A stretch of 64,000 bases of DNA from Candidatus Woesearchaeota archaeon (GTDB lineage: Archaea; Nanobdellota; Nanobdellia; UBA10117; ARS21): contig CAYFNR010000001.1 in the NCBI GenBank assembly GCA_964344605.1, positions 23,439 to 87,438 of the forward strand, given 5' to 3'. Below, piece by piece: positions 13,409 to 23,500 of the stretch. The notes under the pieces were generated by a model. It saw only the letters and a program-made list of their open reading frames with translations. It ran no database searches and was not told where the DNA came from. The translations under genes and the position numbers were made by a program. Positions within the stretch are counted from its first letter, which is position 1. Each line of letters opens with the position of its first letter.

Positions 13409-14092
13409 ATGGGTAGAATAGATGTAATTGGAACTTCACATATTTCGGAGCAGAGTGTTAGAAATCTCAGACAGAAGATTCATCTAGATAGGCCAGATAT
13501 TGTTGCTGTGGAGTTAGATATTGTACGGCTGCAAGAACTATTACGGCCTCAACACAAAAAGCGGCGTGTGAGTATAAAAGATATCTCAAACTTAGGTTTT
13601 TTTGGGTGGCTTTTCACAATCATTGGTTCTTTCGTTCAGAGGCGTTTAGGTAAAAGAGTTGGTGCCAAGCCCGGCAGTGACATGAAAGCTGCAGTCCTTG
13701 CTGCTAAAGAAGTCGGAGCACAAGTTGTCTTGATTGACAGAAACATAGGCGTTACTGTCAGACGTCTTTCAAAGAACGTGCCTCTTCGTGAAAAGTTATA
13801 TCTTGCTTGGTTTTTGTTATTTGGTTGGATTTTAGATAGGAAAGAACTAAGTAAGCTTAGAAAACTGGATCTCAAAAAAGTGCCTAGTGCGACATTAGTT
13901 AGGGAGATGATAACTGATTTTAGACATAAGTTTCCGCACATATACAAAGTTCTTGTTGCTGAACGAGATAAGTATATGGCTAGTAGAATTAAACTTGTAA
14001 AGAATAGATTTCCAAAAGCAAATATTTTTGTCGTTGTTGGAGCTGGACACGTTAAAGGGTTAAAGAAAGTTCTGGAGCACAACAATAAATAA
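13409..14092 (+). CDS. TraB/PrgY family protein
   Basis: 227 aa with N-terminal VIGTSHISEQS, a VVGAGHVKGL block and one central hydrophobic segment. Confidence 0.7.
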   Translation: MGRIDVIGTSHISEQSVRNLRQKIHLDRPDIVAVELDIVRLQELLRPQHKKRRVSIKDISNLGFFGWLFTIIGSFVQRRLGKRVGAKPGSDMKAAVLAAKEVGAQVVLIDRNIGVTVRRLSKNVPLREKLYLAWFLLFGWILDRKELSKLRKLDLKKVPSATLVREMITDFRHKFPHIYKVLVAERDKYMASRIKLVKNRFPKANIFVVVGAGHVKGLKKVLEHNNK

Positions 14093-14116
14093 AAACAGTT
14101 AAGTCATACTACTCAG

Positions 14117-15625
14117 ATGGATTTTCTAAGGGAGAAGATAAAGTTGCGCCTGTATCAGCAGACTATTTTGGCAAGCTGCAACAATAAAAATTCATTAGTC
14201 GTGTTACCAACTGGTTTAGGGAAAACTTACGTGGCAATTGGTTTAGCTGGATTAAAGGTTAAGAAGGGTTTGGTAATTATGATGGCGCCAACTAAACCTT
14301 TATGTGTCCAGCACAAAAACTCTTTTGCAGAATTTTTTAAGCCGGAGGAAAAATTAGGAATTTTGACAGGGAGCATCCCTCCAAGCGAAAGAAAACTTTT
14401 GTGGTCTACCTCCAAGCTCTTCTTTTGTACGCCGCAAACACTTGTAAAAGATATTATGAGAGGTTATGTGGATTTAAAGGATGTCGCTCTTTTAGTTTTT
14501 GATGAAGCACACAGGGCAACAGGAGATTATTCTTATGTCAGCCTAGCAAAAGAATTTTCTAAACGCTCAACCGGACATATTCTCGCTCTAAGCGCCTCAC
14601 CTGCTTCCAGCAAAGACAAGTTGGATGAGGTCTGTGGGAATCTTGATATTAAAAATATTGAAATAAAAACAGAGGAAGACGTTGACGTTTCTAAATACAT
14701 TAAAGAAAAGGAGATTGTCCGAGTCGAGGTAGAACTCCCTAAAGAAATAAAAGTTATACAGTCTCTTCTCGAAAAGAGTTTAATTTCACGTCTCAATAAA
14801 CTAAGGAGTGCAGGTTTGGTACACACGGCTGAAGTTTCTAAGTTAAGAAAATCTGATTTGTTGGCTTTGCAGAAGCGATTGGGTTCTGAGCTTAGTTCCA
14901 AAAAGTTTGAGGCGTATGGACAGATTTCTACAGTAGCAAGCTGTCTTAAACTACAACACGCACTTGCAATGGTACAAACACAAAGTATCGAAACCGTAAT
15001 AGATTTTTTCAAAAAATTGGAACAGCAAGCAAAAACCGTCAAAGCATCTAAACGGTTGCTTGCAGATGTAAATTTCAGAAAAGCTGTGACCAAAGCATAT
15101 GAGGCTGCTGGAGAAGGTTTAGAACATCCTAAATTCAGTGCTCTACGAAATATGTTAGTGGAAGAATTTTCTGAAGATATGAGAGCCATAGTTTTCGCTA
15201 GCTACAGGTCTTCAATATCACGTTTAATTTCTATGCTCAAAAAGATTGATGGTATAAATCCTGTGAAGTTTATAGGTCAGAAAAGGGGTATGAGTCAGAA
15301 ACGACAAGTGGCGACTTTAGAAAAATTCAAAGAAGGGAAATACAATGTTTTGGTAGCCTCCAGTATCAGTGAAGAAGGTCTCCATGTAGAGAACGCTGAT
15401 CTGGGAATCTTTTTTGAACCTGTGCCTTCTGCTTTAAGGAGTATACAACGGCGCGGGCGGATTGGACGAGTAAATATCGGGAAAGTTTACTTGCTTATAA
15501 CCAAAGACACAATAGACGAAAAGTATTATTGGTCTTCCTTACATAAAGAAAGAAGGATGGCGGATTTGCTTAATAATTTAAGAGACGATCTAAACAGTGG
15601 GCAAACAAAATTAAGTGACATTTGA
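14117..15625 (+). CDS. hef: Hef/FANCM-type SF2 helicase (helicase half of Hef)
   Basis: 502 aa with motif I LPTGLGKT, motif II VFDEAHRA, motif VI QRRGRIGR and an inserted helical domain between the RecA lobes. Confidence 0.85.
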   Translation: MDFLREKIKLRLYQQTILASCNNKNSLVVLPTGLGKTYVAIGLAGLKVKKGLVIMMAPTKPLCVQHKNSFAEFFKPEEKLGILTGSIPPSERKLLWSTSKLFFCTPQTLVKDIMRGYVDLKDVALLVFDEAHRATGDYSYVSLAKEFSKRSTGHILALSASPASSKDKLDEVCGNLDIKNIEIKTEEDVDVSKYIKEKEIVRVEVELPKEIKVIQSLLEKSLISRLNKLRSAGLVHTAEVSKLRKSDLLALQKRLGSELSSKKFEAYGQISTVASCLKLQHALAMVQTQSIETVIDFFKKLEQQAKTVKASKRLLADVNFRKAVTKAYEAAGEGLEHPKFSALRNMLVEEFSEDMRAIVFASYRSSISRLISMLKKIDGINPVKFIGQKRGMSQKRQVATLEKFKEGKYNVLVASSISEEGLHVENADLGIFFEPVPSALRSIQRRGRIGRVNIGKVYLLITKDTIDEKYYWSSLHKERRMADLLNNLRDDLNSGQTKLSDI

Positions 15626-15626
15626 A

Positions 15627-16274
15627 ATGGACAAGATTAGAATTTATGTTGATCATCGGGAAGGTGAACTAAGTACGCTACTCTCAGAACTTGGTGTAGA
15701 TGTGAATAAAGCCCTTTTGGAAGTAGGTGATTTCATTCTTTCTAGTGATGTTGTGGTTGAGCTGAAGACAGTCAGTGATTTTGTGACGTCTCTGGTGGAC
15801 GGTAGATTATTTAAACAAGCGAAAGAACTGAAAAGAAACTTTCCCAAACCACTTTATATTATTGAAGGTACTTTGCATGAAATGTTTGATAGTGGCGTGC
15901 ACCCTAACGCTTTGAGGGCGGCCCTGATTTCATTAACTTTAGACCAAAGATTTCCTCTACTTTTCAGTCAGAGCAAGGAAGAAACGGCGGATCTTCTCAT
16001 TTTAATAGCGAAACGTGAACAATTCAAAAATAGTAAAGAAGTTTCTTTGAGAGGTAGCCGACGACTGAAATCTTTGTTTGAGCAACAGCAATTTCTTATT
16101 GAAGGTCTTCCTTTAGTAGGTCCGAAACTTGCGAAAAGCTTGTTGCGAGAGTTTGGTAGTCCAGAGGAAGTTCTGACTGCTAGTTTTGAAGACCTACAGA
16201 AAGTTGATAAAATGGGGAAGAAAAAGGCGGCAACTGTCAGAAAACTTTTAGAAGAACAATACGAAGAAGATTAG
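15627..16274 (+). CDS. ERCC4/XPF-type nuclease with C-terminal (HhH)2 (nuclease half of Hef)
   Basis: ATG lies 1 nt after the helicase stop. VDHRE, and GDF...VVELKTVSD, which is GDXnERKX3D with R->L. HhH2 region: GLPLVGPKLAKSLLREFGSPEEV. Confidence 0.85.
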   Translation: MDKIRIYVDHREGELSTLLSELGVDVNKALLEVGDFILSSDVVVELKTVSDFVTSLVDGRLFKQAKELKRNFPKPLYIIEGTLHEMFDSGVHPNALRAALISLTLDQRFPLLFSQSKEETADLLILIAKREQFKNSKEVSLRGSRRLKSLFEQQQFLIEGLPLVGPKLAKSLLREFGSPEEVLTASFEDLQKVDKMGKKKAATVRKLLEEQYEED

Positions 16275-17095
16275 ATAACTACGCTAGCTAAGAATCCCAG
16301 TATGGAGCAAAGGGCGATGGGTGGTAGTGCAGGTATAGCCCTTCTTTCTGACTGACGAATAAGTAATTGGTTTATCAAAACAACGCCAACCAACGCACCA
16401 CCAACGACAAAAAAGGCAGACATCAAACTTGTTTTCATAACAGCTATCGCAAATATTAATGGGAAGGCTATATCTCCAGTTCCAAGAAGCATGAAATTAA
16501 GTTGTGCACCGGGCCGTATGTCTTTTACCCTCGCTTTTCCGGCAGCAGTGCTTCTAGGAATAACTATTGACATAATAACACCTTTATCCAATAACTTGTT
16601 GAACATCTTAACCATATGTTTTGTCTTATATACAGCTATAACATCATACACTGATAATGCTCCTAAAATCAATATTATTGCTGCTGGAGAAACTCCTAAA
16701 CCTATGCTCGCACTGATACCACTTATCGCCATGAGTATGACAAAGTTATGAGTAATAACATAAGGAAATAATAACCAGATAATAAGGACACCTAATGTTA
16801 AGACACTAGCAAGTATATTTGGGAAGAAGGCTGACAGTGCCGATTTTGATCCTATAAGTATCAAGAACACAAATAATATTTTAAATAAAGTTGCGCCTCT
16901 TAAAAATTTTAGGAATATTAAGAAGAATGCTGTAGCTATCAAAAATGCTGCTATGAAATCTAATGCTGTGAATTGGATAACTTGTGCAGTGAAGAAGTCC
17001 GACCTCATCAAACGGTATCCAACTAGGAGTCCGAATAACTGTATTGAAGCAAAAACAATTAATTCATAAAGTAAAAGTGGGATCATAACATACAT
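16271..17095 (-). CDS. Presenilin/signal-peptide-peptidase homologue (A22 aspartyl intramembrane protease)
   Basis: 274 aa, polytopic. YD motif (LSVYDVIAVY), GxGD motif (LLGTGDIAFP) and PAL motif (IPALPPIA). Confidence 0.8.
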   Translation of the reverse strand: MYVMIPLLLYELIVFASIQLFGLLVGYRLMRSDFFTAQVIQFTALDFIAAFLIATAFFLIFLKFLRGATLFKILFVFLILIGSKSALSAFFPNILASVLTLGVLIIWLLFPYVITHNFVILMAISGISASIGLGVSPAAIILILGALSVYDVIAVYKTKHMVKMFNKLLDKGVIMSIVIPRSTAAGKARVKDIRPGAQLNFMLLGTGDIAFPLIFAIAVMKTSLMSAFFVVGGALVGVVLINQLLIRQSERRAIPALPPIALCSILGFLASVVI

Positions 17096-17117
17096 AGTTT
17101 TTTGTGGGTTAAATAAT

Positions 17118-18488
17118 TTACTTAAATTTTAACATAGTTGACTTTCTTGTCTGAAGATTAAGAAGTGGAATATGTCCTGGATCTGGAGTGTGTCCCATTT
17201 TTTCTTGGAATTTTGTGGTTGATTGCCAACAACTGCACGAGAAACATAAACAATTTTTGTACTGTCCTATACTTGATTTATGGATATGACCTGATACAAC
17301 AATGTCTGGAACTTTAGATATTATTAATGGATCAGATTTCATAGGCAAAGTTAGATTATAGTCATGGGTTGGAGAAAGATGTCTACGTTTGAGTAAGAAT
17401 TGTTGTATTAAATCACCTCTGTCATATCCTCCAGCAAGTCTCAGGCCTTCAATCTTGTCTATGAACCTATCAAAACTATAACCATGATACATTAGAACAT
17501 CGAATCCAGTCTGACCATTTATATTATGAATTTTTGTGTAAGATGGATTTGGCACGACAGTCACATTTGGTAGTTCATAAACTGGGGCTGCGTAGTCAGT
17601 AGGGAGGACAGGTTGTGGTTCTTCTATACGAACTGCATCGTGATTTCCTGGACACAATATTATCTGTTTGTCTTGTGGAATTTTAGAAAGCTTCTTGGCC
17701 AACACATCATATTGTTTGTATATATCTGTTATTGTAAGTTCTTGTACTTGCCCAGGATATATGCCTACTCCATCTACCAAGTCACCTGCGAAGAAGATGT
17801 ACTTCGTTCGCCTAGCAGTCTCTCTCTGCTTATCATTTCCAACCTTTCCACTCAACCAATCAGTGAATTTTTCGAAATCGTCGTCTAAGTGATTAGCAGA
17901 GCCTACATGTATATCACTTGAAAAAGCAGTATAAACTTCCTCTTCAGCACTCGGTGCTGGTTTTTCAGGTATGTCCGGCCATATTACTTCCGCAACATAA
18001 AATGTGTTTCTAAAAACTTTCCCAACCAAACCTACTACTTCATCAAGCGTCAACATTTGAAGTGCTTCTACATTGGAGTCGTCCTTAGAAGAAATGAAAC
18101 CAGGAATAGCGTCCGACAAATCTTCCAATTTTAGCCTCAAAGAACCATTGGGCATACGATTCATGTCTGAAACCATTGCTATTATTGTCACCTCTTCGGC
18201 TGTTGGATTTGCCTTTGCTTGTGATATTGACATCGCATTAGATATTTGGGGGCGATTGAATAATAAATTCTTCATCATCGAGTATCTGTTCCTGAAATAT
18301 TCTGTAAAGTCATCCACCTTAATCTTCTTTGGTGTGTATTGTGTATTTTTAAGCACCTCAAAGCCATAGTCTATTTTATTTTTTGTTGTTTTAACGATGG
18401 AAACACCATTAACGAGAGCGTTGATATTTTCACCAGTAGGTAAGATTCCTTCTTTTATTAGTTGTTTAATAGCTCGTTCTCTTTTCAT
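17118..18488 (-). CDS. DNA polymerase D small subunit (DP1, exonuclease)
   Basis: Phosphoesterase motifs FFAGDLVDG, CPGNHDA, VSGHIH. The ATG at 18488 lies 1 nt after the cdc6 stop; the track start at 18509 would overlap cdc6. Confidence 0.9.
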   Translation of the reverse strand: MKRERAIKQLIKEGILPTGENINALVNGVSIVKTTKNKIDYGFEVLKNTQYTPKKIKVDDFTEYFRNRYSMMKNLLFNRPQISNAMSISQAKANPTAEEVTIIAMVSDMNRMPNGSLRLKLEDLSDAIPGFISSKDDSNVEALQMLTLDEVVGLVGKVFRNTFYVAEVIWPDIPEKPAPSAEEEVYTAFSSDIHVGSANHLDDDFEKFTDWLSGKVGNDKQRETARRTKYIFFAGDLVDGVGIYPGQVQELTITDIYKQYDVLAKKLSKIPQDKQIILCPGNHDAVRIEEPQPVLPTDYAAPVYELPNVTVVPNPSYTKIHNINGQTGFDVLMYHGYSFDRFIDKIEGLRLAGGYDRGDLIQQFLLKRRHLSPTHDYNLTLPMKSDPLIISKVPDIVVSGHIHKSSIGQYKNCLCFSCSCWQSTTKFQEKMGHTPDPGHIPLLNLQTRKSTMLKFK

Positions 18489-18489
18489 G

Positions 18490-19755
18490 TTATGAATATA
18501 TGCTAGCATGCACTATCTCTTTAAGTTGAAGGTATATGTCAGGTTGTACTGCTAAAGATATTTCTTTTGTTCGCCCGTACCTACCTTTACTTATTGTTTT
18601 AGCAGTTATCATACCCAACAAATCCAATTCAGTTATAAGATCTGATACTCTTCTTTGCGTTAATACGTGATTGTGGGTTTCTTTACAAAGCTCTTTGTAT
18701 TTATCAAAAACTTCTCCTGTTTCAAGGTAACCTTCTTTCTCTTCTGACAATAAGAAAATCGCGAACATGACAATTTGAGATTGTTTTGGTTGACCTTGAA
18801 GCACTTCAACAACCTTATTACGTTCTATTTTTGTATCTGCCAAATCTATATGTTTTGAAGATATAGATTTTTTGCCTTCTCTTTCCGCAAGTTCTCCAGA
18901 TACTCTAAGTAAATCTAGCGCCCTTCTTGCATCACCGTGCTCCCTGGCAGCGAATGCCGCACATTTCGCAAGAACTCCACTTTCAATTGTATCTCCCCTA
19001 AACGCGGCTTTCGCTCTCTTTTCGAGTATATCTTTTAACTCTAGTGCATTATAGGGTGTGAAAACCATCTCTTCTTCCCCCAAACTACTTTTGACTCGAG
19101 GATCTATATTGTCCATGAATCTTACATCATTCGATATTCCAATCACTGCAACTTGGGCGTTTTTTAAGTCCGAATTCATGCGTGTTAGTGTGTAGAGAAT
19201 ACCGTCTCCTGCTTTTTTTATGAGTTGGTCTATTTCATCCAAGACAATTAACACAATTTGTTTAGTATCTAATTTTTTTAAAAATAGTTTATATACTTCG
19301 CTTGTTGGTAGTCCTGTCATAGGTACGTCGGCCCCCAATTCTCTTGCAAGGTGTGCTATAACTCTATACTCAGTATCTGCTGCTTTTTTTAATTTACAAT
19401 TTAGAGATATGGCTTTGAAAGGGATATTTCTGTTCTGGGCTGTTTCACCTAATTTGTTTACTACATAAGTAGCACATAGTGTTTTTCCTGTACCTGTCTT
19501 TCCATATAAAAAAGTATTTGAAGGTTTTTCCAAACGTAAAGAAGGTGCCAGTATCAAAGATAATTGTTTAATTTGTTTTTCTCTATGCGGTATATTATTT
19601 GGGAGATATCTCATCATTAAGACATTCTTGTTCAAGAAAAGAGATTCTTTATCTAAGAAATCTTCAAAAAAAGATCCAAGGGATTCGTCTTTTTCCACAA
19701 CTTCGTGACTTTCATCTGCTACTTCTGCAGGGAGTTTCGTCTGGGAATCGACCAT
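18490..19755 (-). CDS. cdc6: Orc1/Cdc6 replication initiator
   Basis: Walker A GKTGTGKT, Walker B LIVLDEID, sensor regions and a C-terminal winged helix. The track start at 19773 is TTG; the ATG at 19755 is preferred. Confidence 0.9.
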   Translation of the reverse strand: MVDSQTKLPAEVADESHEVVEKDESLGSFFEDFLDKESLFLNKNVLMMRYLPNNIPHREKQIKQLSLILAPSLRLEKPSNTFLYGKTGTGKTLCATYVVNKLGETAQNRNIPFKAISLNCKLKKAADTEYRVIAHLARELGADVPMTGLPTSEVYKLFLKKLDTKQIVLIVLDEIDQLIKKAGDGILYTLTRMNSDLKNAQVAVIGISNDVRFMDNIDPRVKSSLGEEEMVFTPYNALELKDILEKRAKAAFRGDTIESGVLAKCAAFAAREHGDARRALDLLRVSGELAEREGKKSISSKHIDLADTKIERNKVVEVLQGQPKQSQIVMFAIFLLSEEKEGYLETGEVFDKYKELCKETHNHVLTQRRVSDLITELDLLGMITAKTISKGRYGRTKEISLAVQPDIYLQLKEIVHASIYS

Positions 19756-19858
19756 GACTTCCAAATGAATCAAAGGTTAATAAATATTGTTTGTATCTAT
19801 AAGATAGTTAATAAAGAATAACAAAAATCAACAGACTCAATAGATATTATCCATCACT

Positions 19859-19887
19859 ACCCCCTTAGCCCTTAGTTTCGTATGGAA
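19859..19887 (-). promoter_or_regulatory. ORB-like origin recognition box (long form), left
   Basis: Minus-strand reading is TTCCATACGAAACTAAGGGCTAAGGGGGT: a TTCCAnnnGAAA core plus a G-string. Confidence 0.6.
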
Positions 19888-19910
19888 GTTCATTTGGAAT
19901 TTTTTGAGGT

Positions 19911-20020
19911 TATCTCGTTATTATGTTATATTTATTTACTATATTGTAAAATAATATATAATAAGATATAAACAAAAACAACACACGACGAATAAATTTT
20001 ATTAAATATACAAACAACTG
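19911..20020. other. AT-rich duplex unwinding element candidate
   Basis: Includes ttattatgttatatttatttactatattgtaaaataatatataataagatataaac, which is almost devoid of G/C and lies between the inverted boxes. Confidence 0.55.
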
Positions 20021-20049
20021 AGAACAAACCAAACACCAAAACTTAATTG

Positions 20050-20078
20050 TCCAAAAGAAATGAAGGGCTGTGAGGGTC
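20050..20078 (+). promoter_or_regulatory. ORB-like origin recognition box (long form), right
   Basis: With the preceding g at 20049, GTCCAAAAGAAATGAAGGGCTGTGAGGGT (20049-20077) matches the left box (read on the opposite strand) at 21 of 29 aligned positions. It overlaps the stop codon of the PadR-like gene. Confidence 0.6.
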
Positions 20079-20430
20079 ATACTTTATTCTTGCTTCCAAG
20101 TCCAACGTCTTTTATTCTACTTAATACTTCTTTGGATCTTTTTGGTTTCGCATTCGGCCCCAGAGCAAAAACAACTCTTTTAACTTGATTTCCCCATGAG
20201 TAGTTGCCTTGGACATCTTCTACTGTGTGGATTCGAAACTCACCTAGTTCAACTCCTTTATTAAGGTGGTAATATATTGATCTTATACTTATATTTTGGC
20301 CAAATATTCGTACATACTTTTTATACAAGTCATAACCATAACTTTCTTTTAAGAAAAAGATAAGTTCTATGAGATTATCTCTTATTGGACTGCTTGTTGG
20401 CCTACCGCGTAAATCTTGTTTTTTAGCCAT
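20077..20430 (-). CDS. PadR-like winged-helix transcriptional regulator
   Basis: 117 aa with the PadR-type pattern LIELIFFLKESYGYDLYKKY...IRSIYYHLNKGVELGEF. Confidence 0.6.
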   Translation of the reverse strand: MAKKQDLRGRPTSSPIRDNLIELIFFLKESYGYDLYKKYVRIFGQNISIRSIYYHLNKGVELGEFRIHTVEDVQGNYSWGNQVKRVVFALGPNAKPKRSKEVLSRIKDVGLGSKNKV

Positions 20431-20527
20431 TAAATAAGAGTAAAATATAAACCTTAAAAAGAGTATTGCTAGTAATGTATGTTTGCCCGCAATATTATTT
20501 AAAAGTCCGAGACGTCAGGGGAGATAT

Positions 20528-23500
20528 ATGGATATAGACACCATATCAAATGAGAACGTTAAAAAATATTTCAAAGAGCTCCATACTGAAACATCGAGAT
20601 TGCACAACTTAGCAAACGAAGCACGAGCAAAAGGGTACGACCCCGAACCTCACGTTGATATTCCTTTGGCAGCAGGAGTTTCCCAAAGAGTAGAAGCTCT
20701 GATAGGATCTATATTCCCCCAAATCTTAAAATCAGGAGTTGCTGAGAGGATAGACGAACTAGAAAATAAATATTCTCCCGGAGAACTAAGAATCGCTTTT
20801 GTTTTGGCTGAAGAAATAGCGAACCAAAAATTCTGTAAGTTCGAAGACGAGGCAGAAAGTATAAACGCAGGAGTTCGTACTGGTTTCGCATATATTACTC
20901 AAGGAGTGGTTTCCGCACCACTCGAAGGTTTAATAGACATCAAGATAAAAGAACGTAGGGACGGCAAAAAGTATCTTGCTCTTTATTATGCTGGACCAAT
21001 ACGTGCGGCAGGAGGAACACCTGCTTCCATGACAGTTTTGATTGCAGATTATGTAAGGCAAAAAAAAGGTATAGATGTCTACGATCCAAATGAAGAAGAA
21101 GTCAAAAGATTTTATACTGAAGTAAGAGATTATTGTGAACGGGTAGTTAGGACACAATATACTCCTTCAGAAGAAGAGATAACATTTTTAATAGAACGTT
21201 TACCTGTAGCTCTTGATGGTGACCCAACAGAGAAGTTGGAAGTTTCTAATTACAAAAATTTAGAAAGGGTAGGGACAAACCGCATAAGGGGAGGTATGTG
21301 TCTTGTTTTAAGTGAAGCCCTCCCATTAAAAGCACCCAAAATATCAAAGCAAATCCAAAACTGGGCAAAAGATTTTGGTTTAGAGAACTGGTCGTGGTTG
21401 AAGGAATTTATAGAACTTAAAAAGCAGCTAAGATCAGGAGAATCTAATAACAATAAGGTAAATAAAAGTGTAACACCTGACTTTACTTATCTATCTGAGA
21501 TAGTAGCGGGCCGTCCGGTCTTTGGATATCCCTCACTAAGGGGTGGATTTCGTTTGCGTTATGGGCGAACACGTATGAGTGGTTGTGGTTCTTGGGCAAT
21601 ATCTCCGATAACCATGCAACTTCTAAATAAATATTTGGCTACAGGGAGCCAGTTAAGAGTAGAGAGGCCTGGAAAGTCCACCGCACTAACTGTATGTGAC
21701 TCCATAGCTGGCCCGACAGTAAAACTTAAGGACGGCTCAGTATTGTCTCCCACATCAGAACAGCAAGCCAAAAAAATAGTTTCCGAAGTTTCAGAGATTC
21801 TTTATCTGGGAGACATATTAATAAGCTATGGAGATTTCTTTGAGCAAGCCCACTGTCTAACTCCACCTGGGTACTGTCCTGAATGGTGGGCCCAAGAGTT
21901 GAAGAAAGCAAGTAAGGATTCACGCAAAGAACCAACGCAGCTAGAGAAAGAATTAATTGAAAATCCTTTCACAAAAAACCCAAGTCTAGCAGAAGCCCAG
22001 CAAATTTCGGAGAAGTTCAATATACCTTTGCACCCAAAACACACTTTCTTTTGGGATATATCTATAGATGAAGTGAAAACCTTACGTAAATTTCTTTCAG
22101 AAACCGATAAACCAAATTTTATAGTCACGGAACAAATCAAACGTAGTCTGGAGTTAATTGGATGTAGACATACTTACAAAGAAGAGAGAGTTATTTTGGA
22201 CCCTGAAGTGTATGCGGCACTTAAAGCAAACTTGTTTGGTGGTAGTCCTGTAGCCACGCATAAAGAGTCTTTGGCTTATGTGAATTCAGTATCAAAATAT
22301 AAGATTCGAGATAAATTTGGTACAGCTATTGGTGTTCGTATGGGTCGTCCTGAGAAGGCAAAGTTAAGACAACTCAAAGGATCACCCTCTATGATGTTTC
22401 CAGTAAGTGAGTCTGGTGGGAGATTAAGAAGTTTGCAGAGTGCCCTAGAAGTAGGAAGTATTACTTCAAACTTTCCAAATTTCTTCTGTAAATCTTGTAA
22501 CGGCAGAACAATATACTCAAAGTGTGAGGTCTGCAAATCCAGAACGGAGCTTGAAAGAGCATGTCAAATTTGTAAAATTAAGACAACAAAACAGCGATGC
22601 CATGACAAGCCCACTGTAGCCCATACAAAACGAAATATAGATATAAATCACTATTTCAATGCAGCAAAGCAGCAACTTAAACTCCAGAACCCTCCAGTTT
22701 TAATAAAAGGAGTCCGTGGGACATCTAACAAAGACCATATAACAGAATTCCTTCCTAAAGGTCTATTGCGAGCGAAGCATAAATTGAAGATAAATAAAGA
22801 CTGCACAATTAGATATGATTTAACTGAACTTGGAATAACTCATTTTAAGCCAAAGGAGATTGGGTTAAGCGTAGAAAGGGCCAAGGAGTTGGGTTACGTA
22901 AAAGATTACGAAGGAAAACCGCTAGAAACTGAAGAACAACTTATTGAGATATTTCCACAAGATGTTATTCTACCTAGCTGTCCAGAATCTGCAGACGAAA
23001 AAGCCGACGACGTTTTGATAAGGGTGGCTAGTTTCGTTGACGAAGAGTTGAAGTTAATATATGGAATGGACCCAATATATAATATCAAAAACCGTGAAGA
23101 CCTCATTGGACAACTTGTTATAGGACTTGCTCCACATACTTCAGCAGGAATCATAGGTAGAATTATAGGGTTCTCAACTAAAGTATGTATCTTTGCACAT
23201 CCTTTTTGGCATGCAGCCCAGAGGCGTGATTTAGATGGTGAAGAGACTTGCGTAATGCTTGCTATGGATGCCTTCCTAAATTTTTCTCGACAATATCTAC
23301 CTAATAGAAGAGGTAGTAGAAGTATGGATGCACCGTTGGTTCTTACGACAATGTTAGATTTGAAAGAAGTTGACGATGAAGTTTATGATTTGGATATAGC
23401 CACTAACTATCCTCTTGAGTTTTACGAAGCTGCTCTACAACTCAAAAACCCTTGGGATATCAAAAGTATTCCTCAAGTGAAATCACGTGTTGGAAAATCA

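Larger units (their letters stand above)
19756..20078. other. Putative chromosomal replication origin (oriC)
   Basis: Intergenic region next to cdc6, with two inverted ORB-like boxes flanking a very AT-rich stretch. Confidence 0.7.

Noticed and set aside
15600-15640. Hef helicase/nuclease junction as a frameshifted pseudogene
   Set aside because: Both halves are complete, and the junction is a clean stop, one nt, then ATG, typical of translational coupling. I kept it as a natural split, while flagging read-level verification.
20483-20527. TTG-initiated 15-codon extension of DP2 from the ORF track
   Set aside because: An ATG at 20528 is preceded by GGGGAG at appropriate spacing. The extension has no conserved content.
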